Positions 14,901 through 27,900 of a stretch of DNA of 64,000 bases are shown here, one piece after another. The translations under genes and the position numbers were made by a program. The DNA is from Balanoglossus misakiensis. Its lineage: Eukaryota; Animalia; Hemichordata. The notes under the pieces are model-generated. The model was not told the DNA's origin, searched no databases, and saw nothing but the letters and a program-made list of their open reading frames with translations. How positions within the stretch are numbered: position 1 is the stretch's first letter; every line of letters starts with the position of its first letter. The stretch spans positions 3,846,156 to 3,910,155 of the forward strand of contig CM082588.2 of NCBI GenBank assembly GCA_040954595.2, written 5' to 3'.

Positions 14901-17900
14901 AATCAACTCGTCCATCGCCTCCCCCGTCATGATTGAAAGAAACACGTGCTCTGTTCTAAGGGATCCCATCTTCTCGGTCAACAGTCATGAAAATATTGTC
15001 TTAAAAACGATGTCCGGTTGCACATGTGTCTGTTCCATTGTATATTTCAATTGAGCTGTGTTGCATTTCTTGCTCGCCAAGTTGCCTGCGCAAACACGGC
15101 CTATTTGTGCAGTCATATTTGCCGTGAAAATATCTCGCCCCGCGAATGACGTGATCACGAATGTCGTATTTTGATGTGCGGTGGCATCGGCGAGCGGTGT
15201 TTATGCAACGTTACCGCCACCTGTACAAGCAACAAAAAATCCGGGGGCATTGAATAGGGTTTTGGTGGGGCTGGCGTTTTGAAACAAATAGGTGCCCGTA
15301 ATTACTGTTTGCCGCCGTCGTATTGTGTCCCTGTGTACAGTGTAATTACTGCTTTACACGGGCAACCCTTGTAGTGCCAACACCTCATTAAAGCGATACC
15401 TCCAAAACACAATACCCATCGCAGAAAAACAGAACCCCACAATGGGGTGGGCCATTTTGGGGGACTGTTCCCAAGGCGTGAAATTTTAATTAGTTTATGT
15501 TAGGGTGCTGTGCGGTTTGTTTTACCTGCAGGTTTGGGCAGCTACGTCACGATTTCGGTGTCAGAGGTCACGCCGGCTGCAATTGCCAATCGGGGTTGAC
15601 TTTTACCCACTACAAGTACGTGTGAGCCGTTGTTTGATCAGTTAACGTTGATTTGCAATCTTTGACAGACACACACTCTCACTATCAGCCCCGGATTCAG
15701 CTTCTAAAATATCAAACATCATCAGCAACCCCCTCCATCCCAACTCCCCTGGGGCAATATCCCTGGTCCCGGATTACCACAATTTCCTCTTCTTTTGTAC
15801 AGTGTTGGAAATCTGTGACACTTTTCTGTTGTCTTCGACAGTGGACACGCCGGTTTCTTTGCAACCACCGTGTCAGAAGTTCAAACAAACCTGCCTATTC
15901 TGGTGTGACACCCCGGCAGCAGTGAAAGGAACAGGAGGTTTTGTTCGTTAAACAAGCAAATACTTATCGTTTCGTTTATTTACGTCAATGGGCCATCTTC
16001 TTAAGTGGTATTTTCAGAAGCCAATTAATCTCTGAATGACTTGTCCCTCTTTTAATTTCGAGTGTCTGTTTTCCTCTTTTCCAACTTCCCCTCGTCCAAT
16101 TCGTTTCAAACTCACTGAGCACCCTCGGAAATGTCAGTGAAGATTAGCGGAAATAACTCGCAGCGAGAACTGGCCGTTTCGTGGCCGGCAAATCAACCGG
16201 TGGCATAGCCGCGATGCCTCCCTATCATAGAGTCAGTGTGAAAACCAAATATAACAACACCTCCCTGGCATCTACGCCCCTCTTTTCAAAGCTGGCAACA
16301 GTTTCTCAATCAGTCTATTGTCGCTCGCAAAGCGGTGTACAATTGGCGTATAAAAATACAGAATATGCCATGCACACGCCTTGCAGAAGTTCGAACAAAG
16401 TCTTGAAAAACACCTGCGAGCCCAAAAGTTCATGAAGAGGTTTCCCTTTCGTTAAATCTCACGTTTCTCAAAAGAACATTCATATGCCAGCTTATGTTAT
16501 TAAAGAAAACGTATTTAAAACCCAAAATAGTGTTGTACTTTCATTTAGAGCTATTCTAGCGCTTTCAGAGCTATTCTGAGTAGACTTTGGTCATTTCCAT
16601 ACAATTATCATTTTAGCATTTGTGTCTCGCATTGAAACAATTGGTTTTCTTGCATTATGGTAACCTCGTAGTTCTTTGGTGGGATTTTACTTAAAATAAC
16701 TGTTTCCGGTGAAAATGACGCGGATAGACGCGTGAAAGTGCCGCATTGGTGTTATAAACAAACTTGTGAAGTCGAAACATTAGCCAACGAAAACAACACA
16801 ACGAAGGTGTTCCACTGCCCGCCAAGTTTGCTCAACATATCTGGCCAGGAAAGAAAACACTCGAGCGAGTTTCTATGGATTTGTTAATCTACTAAATGGG
16901 TGCTTTTTGCCACCGTCATCTTCTTAGCGGCGAAATTCCTTCAAGTGTTTGGCAGCGGAAGATCAAAGCGATTAGTCCGCAAACTTGTCCAAACTCAACG
17001 TGTGCGAGCGGGATGCCATGCTCCGCGCCGGTGAAAGTGAAACGGTCTCCCGTGAGTGGAGGGGAGGGGAGGGGATATGGACATCGCGCTGTTGGTCCCA
17101 CGCGCACTGAAATTTGTCCGTTTCGCCCTTCAAAAATGCAAATTATATTTATTTGACATTACCTTGTCGTCTTAGCTGTCACTGTCTCCATTGCTGTTTT
17201 GAGTGTAGCAGTCTAAGCAGACATACTGAAAATTAATCGGAATAAGACGAAATTAGCAGGCGGAAATTAATGTTATATTTTGTTTACAATCAAGCATGGA
17301 ATGTAAACATAATTTTGTATCAGACAAAGGCATTAATGGAGTAATATGAACTTTCTTGATGAGCATTTCTTCATTAATGGTTTCTGCACAAAGCGAGGCA
17401 AATGAAACGCTTATTTTTTGACAACAGAGTTTGAGTAGTCACAGCACGTCAAATATGTAATTTGGAAAAACCAACAGTCCCGTATCGGTTAGTTGGGCTT
17501 GACTAGTTAATAAGGGTCAGAAGGCGAATCTCTGAGTTAACATAAATTATTACATGAGACAGACAGAAACAGGAAGAGAGGCCAACACGGTTGTGGGGCA
17601 GAAAAGCATGGGAGAGGCAGGGGATGACGAAGACACATACGTAACTTGAACACTGTGCATTAATAAGCAAAACAATGATCATTTACATGGTTTCTGTGCA
17701 CATGGCGTGTCCCAGAAAATAAAGGCAACGCCACAGAAAAACAAACCCGGCAACGTCGGCTCCTTTCTCACGACTTTATGTGATCTAAAAACCAGCAAAT
17801 CAAACTTTATTTTATGATATGATATCATTTTATGATATTATTTCGCCTATTGAAATCGTCGGAGATCACAGCGACCACGCTACCGGCGTATTGTTGCCGC

Positions 17901-20900
17901 ACGCTCGTTGGACACTGCCCGGGCGGCGTGGTGCGACGGCGACCGGGCCCTTTCTTGTGGGTTTTAGGACTGCGACACAAAGTCTGCGGCGCGTTTCTTC
18001 GACCTGTTTTGCGAGTTCATAATTTTGCCCGGGACAAAAGGCACAAACGGGACCCGATTGGTTTATTCGAAGCTAACCATTGTACAATTGGGGGGGTTAC
18101 ACCTTTGTGTCGGGCGAAACCAACGACAGTTTCCGGAGCTTTAGGCCATATATGTTTTATACCAGATTTCGTACAATGGTCGCATCCTCGCGATGTCGTC
18201 CGTCGTTTCTAAAGCGTGGGGCCAGAAGCGGGCCATAACTTGCAATGCTTTCCTGTGTTGAAAATCAGGGTCCTTGCCGCGCTACCGTATGTGCGTACAT
18301 GCGGTTAATACTGGTTGCCAGCCAGTATGAGTAAGCTCTCACCGGCCTTGGCGCATCACCGGGCGCGATTTTGAAAAAGTACATGCAAACAACTGAAATA
18401 TGACTGACTCATACAACACCGATAATCTTCTAATCATTTCGAACGTTTTATAGTGGAATTACTATAAAAAGATATGGCCAAATTAGTGTCTCTGGGTTTA
18501 CGTAGAAGTTTAATAACATACTATTCATTGAAACCGAGTTTTCCTAGGCCAAAGTCCACCAGGGTTGCCCGTAATGACTTTTCGCACTTGTGTACTGGCG
18601 GTGTTGAATTCCTTTGCTGTGATGTGGTTTTGCGGGGCACCTGATGCGTACACAACACCCAATCGTGGTTCCCGCCTCGGAACCAGTAACGTCCGATTTC
18701 CCTGCATTGTCACTTGCGGTTTTTGTTTGTGTGCGAAAGCGCCCTTTACCCTCTGAATCATAATTTACCTGGCGTGTGTTTTGGAGCGATTCCTCCTTGA
18801 CGAGTGTCCGCTTTTACGAGAATTTATGACGACAGTCGCGTTTTTGAAAATAAATCATTTACGGGGGGCAACGACTTCGTGGGCTTTGACACCGGTAGCG
18901 CGTCACTGAGCGACGGTCATCAAGGTGCCGTGATGTTCATATATGATATCAACCTTCGCGTTCACCGTTCGACTTCCGTTGGCCAATTATGAGGATGACG
19001 AGTCATTCAAAAGTATTCCCCCGATTTTATTACCAAGGGTTTGATTTAAAATATGCCAGATTCATAGGGGCAGGTCGAAGTATATTTTTAGAACTCGGAG
19101 GACGTATTAGGTCGCATGTCGTGACCTGCCTTCCATATTATGGGCATAATATTCAAATGGAGGTATACTAGAACCACATGATATTAAATATTTAAATATC
19201 TAACGCTATTATTATTGTGCGTCTCAGTAAGAATAACTGATCGTGCAACAAGACAGTATGTTTCTCGTTGGAAATTCGGTCATGAAACAAATCACTTTTC
19301 CCTCGAATTTGGATCGACTGATGACGTCGCTGTGTCATATACTGGTACATCGTTCGCGCGTTTAGGGGTAGTCTTGGTTTATTTCAGGCATCAATATAAT
19401 ACTTTTTTTTCGGGCAAGAAACGCATATAGTAAATTTGCAAAACGAGACAGAAAGAATGACAGTACAATGTATTATTAATGTTTACTTAAAACAATTTAC
19501 TCGCTCGGTTACCCAATACCTGGCCATCAATGAGAGCACCCATGGTTTCCATGGACACGCGGATAGTGATTAGTCACGTCATTGCTGGTCACGGTGGATG
19601 GTTCTTTTTTCGGTGAGAAATCAATATTTGAATTGACCTGGACTTTTTTCTCCTATGCGTGATGCAATGTTTGACTTTGAAGCAATAGATGCGGTGGGGG
19701 TACACGAATTGACTGTAAGAAGTACATTTTGGTGTGTGTTTACCCCGGGAGTCAATACCAGGATGTGGACGGCCCCCCTTCCAAACAAACCTCCCTTCCC
19801 CTTTGTTGCGCGCCGTTCGCTGCTTGCTGCGCCGTGCTTCTATTGATGTTTGGGCGGTAAAATTGTTGACTCTTTTCTGTGAGCTCGCGCCGGGTGCATT
19901 ATCGTCAACCCGATGTCGGTAAACAGTGCCGTTTTCCTTTCACACCTTGTACGGTTGCGAAGGTGCTGAGTGCATGTATCGAGTCGTGGGGCGCAGAGAT
20001 CGGGCAACTTCGGACAATTTGCTCGTGGGAAATACTGAAGTATCGGAAGGTGGTAAAGTGGAAAGATTTGTAAACAGAAATATAAATCTTCGCGGCAAGG
20101 ACGCGATGACAAATGAGTTTAACGGAAATCTTCGGAAATTCACTTCCTATGCGCTGACTCAGTATAAGGAGGGGAAAACTTCAACTCATGTTGCTAACTT
20201 CAAAGACAAACATATTTCTTGAGCTTGGGTGTGAAGAGACAATGCGTGTCGCAGACATCGCACATCGGTTTCAGTTTTGCCACATCGAAAGTGGTACATC
20301 ATTTTTTTCTTAAGCCCTTTGTCGTCTGGTGTTTTGTTAAACCAACATGCAGACTTCTATTCGTGACTATAAACGACATAATGCATGGATGGCAATGGCT
20401 GAACTCGCGTCATTTTAATTTATCAGGTCCCTTCGTTTGATCAAAATTTTCGATTGCCGCCCACTATTGAAAAACACAGAGTTCGTGGATTTAATTCCAA
20501 TTTCTCCCTTCACCAAATTAAATTTCTTTGGAAGCCTAAGTATAAGGAGAGCCGCTGAGTACGACAGCGATCAATTTCAACGAACATGTCTCGAGTTAGG
20601 CACTGTACTTTTCATTGTCCTTTTCTCGGAAGAAAAACAACAACAGTCTTTTTAAACATTTGCCTGTTTATAGCTTTGTTGACTCGATTGTTTTGTCGCA
20701 CATTGATAATTAAGTTGGACGGGTCAAATCGACTGCCCTGTGTGTCTCTGTAATGCCCCCCCCCCGAAATCACATAGAAAACGTCATGGGTACCGGGCTG
20801 AGCGTTCTATATACTGGACGCGCGCGTTGTCATGCTAATCAGCGAGGAATAGCGCGACGTCGTAAACGCGGAGTAGTGGAGGGCCATTGGCAGTGGTCGG

Positions 20901-23900
20901 AATATCGTTTGGGTCCATAAATGCTATCGGTTCCCTCTGTTGTGCACCGCAAATTGGCCATAAAATTCTTATATGTCCATCAAGGAGCACGAATTCTTTC
21001 TATCTTACCTTTGCCCCAGTGTGCCGACACAGAAGAATTTATTCAAACTCGCTCTATCTCAGCTGGTCTCGATGAAGCCGACACGCCAGTCGCGTCCCAC
21101 ATCAACTTTCCCGCACCATGCCGCCTTTAGTCAGAAAACTTAACACAAGTTCGACCAATTACTTCCGTGGGCTCGTACATACTTGTGAAACCAAAACACG
21201 GCGGTCCGGTTTTCAATGCACGCTTGTACACTTCTACTCTAGAAATGCTGGAATATTCATGGCAAGGTTATTTTTTTAATAAATAAATGCCAATCACGGA
21301 AGGTATAACAGAGAGAGTAGGCTTACAATTATTATAACAGATACACTACGATTCGCTGTGCGCGATCACTGAAGCAGCATGTGCTATGATCAACAGGTGG
21401 TCTTTCGTTGGAACTGGGTTAGGGCGACCCGAAACAGACACGGAAGAGGGGACGAAGGGAGTCGAAATTTGTGGTGATTTGTCGAAATGAAATCTCGGGT
21501 TTCAAGCTTACCATCCCCCAAAAACTAGCCCCATTTTCTCACGTAGGGATGTTAAATTTAAATGTATGTACATAAGACACTGTACAGGGCGTTTAGCATT
21601 GCTGGGACCACCGACACAACAAGCAACAGCGTGGGCGCTGCTCCTGACAAGCCAGGCGGTAAAATTTATTACTCCCCCGGCTGAATAAATTGCACTTTCT
21701 GGCCTACGCTTTGTCCGAGTGGATTTCACATATATATGTCGAAGTGTGCTTTCTTTCCACAAGTATATAATTTTCGTGGCCATGTCAAGTGATTGCACAT
21801 ACATACACCACAGCCGTCGAACTCAGGAGAGAACTTTGACGGCCATTTGGTCTCGGGGATCGACCAAGAGAAACGTGAATGAAACGGGATTGTCACGTCT
21901 CGCCGCCAGGTGGTAGCAAAATTTCAAAACACCCCTGATACTGTTCTGTTTTCGTGGTTGTACACTATTCCCATGACGTAATGTGAAGTGTCTTCCTAGC
22001 TGATTGGTGTGTGATCCGGCCATCAGCAGTGCTGGGCCAATCAGATACAGCCCTCTCGATTGGCCTGGCAGTTTCCAATAACCTGATAAACGTTTTTGAC
22101 TTGAAGGGAAAATCAGAACTTAGGTTCGCAATATTTTTATTGGTGCGTCGTAATAATATTTTGCGAACATTTCAAATTGTAAAAACGATGGATTAACTTC
22201 GCAGATTAACCAGGATTGAGACTAGTCATCACATCCCTGGGATTAATAATGGTTTACCTAATCAGGACCAGGAGTCAAAGAACACAAAAGAAAAGAAAAC
22301 GTCTCCGGGCTACTTTCTGCGAAATGTCCAGCGTGAGAACTGTAAATTTACAAATACCTTTCGGTTGAGGAATTCAAGCGTCCGAAAGCTCTTCATTGGT
22401 CAGCATGGGCAGTTGACATGCGACGCTCGCTGGCACAAGGTGTAAAGCGTTCCTTGACAACACCGCCTGGCAACGTTGGCCGTTGTCGTCACCACCTAAC
22501 ATGTATGCGCGGCGAAAGTGGGTGCCGCCTTTGATCTCGGTGCGGTAATTTAATTAACACCCATTTATTAATTACCTAGCGTCCTCCTGCAGCTTGATCA
22601 ACCGCCTTGTGTACTGCTCAGGTGTCACGACGTTAAGAATTGAATGCATTTCTTTGGCGAAATTAATAATCGAAACGATAAAAGAAATCATTATGATTTA
22701 TTCAATAAACTTATTTCGTAGTCGACTTTCACCCAAACACTGTTATAAGTACTGGTATCTATGTGCTGAAGTTGTTGGAGGAAAAGTAACCGATCGCCAA
22801 TTTATTGACTGTATAGGTTGCCTTGGAAATGTTTTGCTATTACAATTTTAGTGAATCATGTTTTGTTGTATGTTTTTATACCCAGTGTGGGGAGGGGGTT
22901 CTTGTAAAGTTAGCTTGACGAGACAGCAACGCAGCAAACGGAATTCCAGTCCCCCCTTTTCCGTGACTAGTCACAGACGCCCCTCCCCCGATTGCGACAC
23001 AAACGTCAACGAACAGAGTGCCATTTATCATCGGCAAACGACAGAGGACACCGTGAGATGGAGATAAATTGCAGAGGGACAAAAAAGTTGTTCGTCTGGC
23101 GATTTTTACGATCGGGGAGAGAAACTGGACAAGGACACAACCCTTACATCACGGACACAGTCTTCCATAGAAAACCCACGTAAACTTAATAATGTCTGTG
23201 CATTCGACAACAAGGACCCACCAAGTCGACAATTGCATTCGAACATCGGTCTTTAGTCTCAGGAACAGGTTTAAAAACAAAATGTGACTTTTAATAACCA
23301 GTCCCTCTGCCAATAAAAGTTGTTTGCGAGGGGGACTCTTTTTTGTGTGAAGGATGTGAACGCTTCGTTTACTCATAAAAGTCAAGTTGGTTGTTCTGCC
23401 ATCTGAAACTATGCCAAGCGTAGAACAGAAATGGATGAAATCAGCTGGAATAATGTTAGATTCTCTGGCGGAATTTGTACCCCCGACCGATGTGAAATAA
23501 TACCATAAACAGCACAAAAATACGACAGGACAAAAATACCGACTAAATTTTCTCGTGACCACTTTCGCGACAGTTGAAAACAACAAGAGTAGTTTGGCTG
23601 AGGGCCAATGCGCACATCGTTGCAATGTTGTATGTTACTTGTACTGAAAGGAAATACCAAATCAAACCGCTTTCAAAACACACACCACCTGACAACGAAT
23701 GAAAAAAGAAGACGAAATAATCCAGATTTCGGGATTGTTCTATATACCATGGAATGAGGGTTACCCTTGAGCAGAAAAAGAACGACAGTTGAAGTGAAAA
23801 GACCGAGCCGCCATCAATCATTTTCTGACGTCTGGGCGACCGGGTCGAACTAACGATGTATGTATACGGGAAAGCACTCTGAATTAGAGAATGGCTCGGA

Positions 23901-24164
23901 GCGGCCCACCTAGCGAGTATTTTTCATTCGCTGAATACCAAGCCCCTTTAAAACTCGCTTGTTTACACTCAACACAGACACGTTTTGTTGTCTGGTGTAC
24001 ACATGATGCCAGCGATAATGGTCATCAAAAAGCAGCCAACGGCGAGAAGGCTCTCGGCTGAGACGAGATTTGTTACTTTATGATATCGATTGAAACGCAG
24101 CTTATTTTATTCCCACGTGTGCAAGTCCAATGAAGGGATTGTTGAACAGGGATGCGATAAAAAC

Positions 24165-24227
24165 TACATACATGCATACATACTGTACATACATTCATTC
24201 ATTCATACATACATACACACACATACA
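24165..24227. repeat. Imperfect (CATA/CATT)n microsatellite
   Basis: ctacatacatgcatacatac...cattcattcattcatacatacatacacacacatac. Confidence 0.8.
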
Positions 24228-24250
24228 AAACATGATTTACTTTTCCCGTT

Positions 24251-24256
24251 TTTATT
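24251..24256 (-). terminator. Putative polyadenylation signal of Brachyury
   Basis: TTTATT on + (AATAAA on -) ~730 nt past the stop codon. The adjacent microsatellite reads as a GU-rich downstream element on the minus strand. Confidence 0.45.
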
Positions 24257-24981
24257 CTAAGGAAAAAGTATTCGATATAAAGTTTATAAAATATATAAAT
24301 ATCAAAACGTGTATTTGGCAAGTAATATAAATTAACTGTACTTTGCTTACCGGACAACTGAATGTTTTACAAAGAAAAAAAAACGTACCAAAATCTCACT
24401 AACTTCATCAATTCATGTCCGAGTCCAGTCTCGTGTTGAATATTTTCCAACTTCAGCCATGTTGTCGTACGTATCTTTAATGGTAGTAATTTTGAATCTA
24501 AACTAGTATTTTTTGTTCAAAAACGTGTTCTAAAATTAATCAATGGCAAAACTGTAGAAAAACGTTCGAAAACTGTGACAGTCCTATTTAGGAAAAAAAA
24601 AGATTGCACCTTCTATTTACAAATGAGTTGTTCTATCGCAGAAAAAGCTATACAAAACGAGAAAACTGTGTGAAAATGAGAAGAAACGTGAAAAATTCAA
24701 AGTTCATAAACTGAAAATACGACTGCCCAAATGGGTTAAAATCTTGCATCAAAAGAGAAGGTAGACGGGTCGTGTATGAAGATGTCCTGAGATGTGAATG
24801 TCGGCACTTCCCATCGATGTGTTTGAGGAGAGCACATTATTGGCGATATCATGAGCGACGATCAACGCCTGGTAGAAAAATAGATCCTTTGGTTCAAGTC
24901 GATGAAGAGTCAACGCCGGGAACAGTTCAGCGTAACTCGTAAATGTTCCAAAAGCGAGTCCTTCTCTCGCCGTCGTCTCGC

Positions 24982-27900
24982 TCACACCGAGGGCGGCGTC
25001 AGGGGGCTCCAGCCGTTGGCTTTCGACGTGGCCGCCGTGTGGTGGTGGGCGGTGAAGGCGTCTGCCACCGAGATATCGGCGCTGGCGTTCTCGTACACCG
25101 GGGAGTGTCCGGAGTGTAGACTGCCCGTGGATGCGGGGATGGTGGCGTATGGAGCGCGGATTATTCCCGTGGGTATGGCGTTGCTGGCCGTGGTGACAGG
25201 GGTGAGAGCGTTGCTGACGGGCCACATGGTTGGATACTGGGGAGTCGTGTGTGAGGTGTGAGACGTCACGGGGAGACCGGACCAATTCTCATGCGCCGAG
25301 AGCATTGAGTCAGATGGGTATCCGTTCGCTAAAAACAAAGTAAAAAATAATTAGAATCGCATAATATCAAATCAAACGATTGAAACATTGTAACTGTACA
25401 CTCAGATAGCGACCCGCCTCCAAATCCCCGATGCAAACTTCATATACGAGCCAGAAAAAAAAATCGATGCCGTTAATAGGCCCCACTGTAGGTAAAACAA
25501 TACAACAATAAAACGCTTCCGAAAACTGGAGATAAAATAAGACATTTCCAGAGAACGAGAAGACAATGAAGTCCAAGTCTTTGCAAGAATGTTGATTTGA
25601 CATTAAGTCCGACACGAAGAGGAAATGAGGGTCTTTCATCAAGACTTGTAGCTCTTAAACTTGGCTTTTTTCATTTTTATCTGCAGTTGTTTCAGGAACT
25701 AATGAAAACTGTTAACGAGTTAATCGTTTGTTTTATCACATCAACAAAACAGAGTAACGCGAGTTTCCCCGAAAGGAATATTTAACAAAACAAAAAATCG
25801 GAAGCTCTGTGACACTTTCAAGTCAACTTGCGGGCAAATAAAGGGGAGAATCAATTTGGATCATGAGTGATTTGGGGAAAAATTAAAAAAAAAAAACGCT
25901 GCGAAGAACATGTTCCTTCTTTCGTTTCACTAACAACATCGAAAGCAGCAATACATGTATTGTCGAACCACAAACAAAAATATATCACATTTAAGGGGAA
26001 AACGCGTCTTATAATTTCGGTGGAAAAAATCATAAACATACTATTAACATCGTCGGCAACTATCGAAAATCTTTTGAAGATTATATCATACCTCGTTAAA
26101 CTTAATCGAGATGTGAAAATTGGCGGCATAATTCGTTGAAAAATTAAACAGTTCGTAAATGTCGTCCAACAAACCGAAGAATATGGCGATAATCGCATTT
26201 TTGTTTCAATGTCTCTCAAGCAGCTTTTCGATATGAGCGCGTATAGTGAGTCTGACGGGCGAAGAAATTCTGATTCAACAGGTGTCAAAATGGCAAAGTC
26301 GTAAAAAACGCCATCGGGGCGGCACCACGCCTTAATAAAATTTAGATGCGTCATTTAATTACACAAAGTCATAAAAAAGCGTCCATAATATTGCACTTGG
26401 ACGTCATCAAGATCAGCGCGTCGCAGGAAAGGGAAGTGACTTTTGGGGGATGCCAAAACAATGACGCATGGGGTGGGGCGATGCGGTTGGAGGAGAAACC
26501 ATAGGAGACCTGAATGGCGAAATATTGAAAACGGAAATTTGATAAAATTGATCTTTTGTGTGGATTTTTAAAACACTTTTCTATCGGGGAAACTCTTAAT
26601 GAAGTAACCGATGATCGGGAAATAATACTTGAATGATACATAAAGTGTATTGGTTGTCGAGCAAGCAAAAGCGACTACAGATCCAGGGTTAAACTAAATG
26701 GATTTATGGAAAGTAATAACAACTCTGATGAAAAACTTACTGGTTTGTGAATGTTTCTGGTAAGGTGATGGGTACGGCGCGGTCCTGTGGCTCCTCAGGC
26801 CGCTGTATCGGTCGCAACCGGGGGCACTGTGCAAGCCCAGCGCGCTGAATTGTCTTGGATCCGGGGCTGGACAGAGAGCGCTCGCTCCTTGCAGAAACCA
26901 ACCACCCACTGCGATGAGAAATAAACAGACAACGAAAACAATGAGCGAAAGTCCAACAGACGTGCCTTACGTTTTAAAAAAGTCAAATAACTAAAAACAA
27001 CTATAAATTGGGAATATTCGCAATATTCTTATCTGGTACCAGTGGCGTGTGAGAAACCAATCCAATTCAATTCAGTAAAATTGACAACACACTATTAGAT
27101 AACGCCACACCGTCCTGCGGCTGACAGAACAAATTGGTTTAGGCAACTAGCACATAGGCGATATCAAACAACCCAAAGGTGTTAAACACAAACTGGTGAC
27201 CAGCGAACGGTCCCGTTTCCCACGGAGGACCGATAGCTCACACTCAAGTGACGATGTAACATATCGTTTCCAATTTCCCCCTTCATAATTATTTTGAAGT
27301 GCGTGATCACATAATTGAGACTTTCACTTACGTTGTGAGCACTGTTGCTGCATGTCGTGTGCATGTGCGTCGGAAATGTACTCACGGCCGTCATATCTAC
27401 TGGCAAGAAAGAAAATCACAAAACTGGTTAGTTAATTCTCAAAGGAAACTATATTTTCGATCACTTAAGTCTGCATGAGATGAACGGTTACGTATAACGA
27501 TATATAATGGGCCCTTGCTATTTATAAGTTTACTTTCTGTCCACACGGGAATTCGCAGCATAATTCTGCAAAGGCACCGACCCAACAGAAGTAGGGGATT
27601 TGGTCCTGAGCGGCACAATCGAGTGAACGGGTCAATTACTTAATTCAGTGTTTGGACAAGTAATTTGGCAGCCAATTTAGCGAGTTAGGGCCAACAAAAA
27701 GACCCACTACGGGCGAAAGTGTAGCAAAGTCGAAGCTCAAACACAGCTGTGGGAATGACTTTTTTGTGGCCTTGACAACTGCGCACAATAGCTAGTGACA
27801 CACCTGAATGGACCGTGTGCACGTCGCACCGACTTGCCCAAAGACAACAAGCTATATTCCACTGTCTGTGATACAATGTATTAATAGACTTGGCAGAAAA

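Noticed and set aside
11887-24981. Short ORFs in the UFL1-Brachyury interval and in 59-64 kb
   Set aside because: No recognisable domains or consistent splice-phase chain; mostly non-ATG starts.
26380-26512. Possible extra Brachyury exon after an acceptor-like tttcgccattcag
   Set aside because: The in-phase translation is not Brachyury-like and reaches a stop without a good donor; exons 6 and 7 already join in phase.
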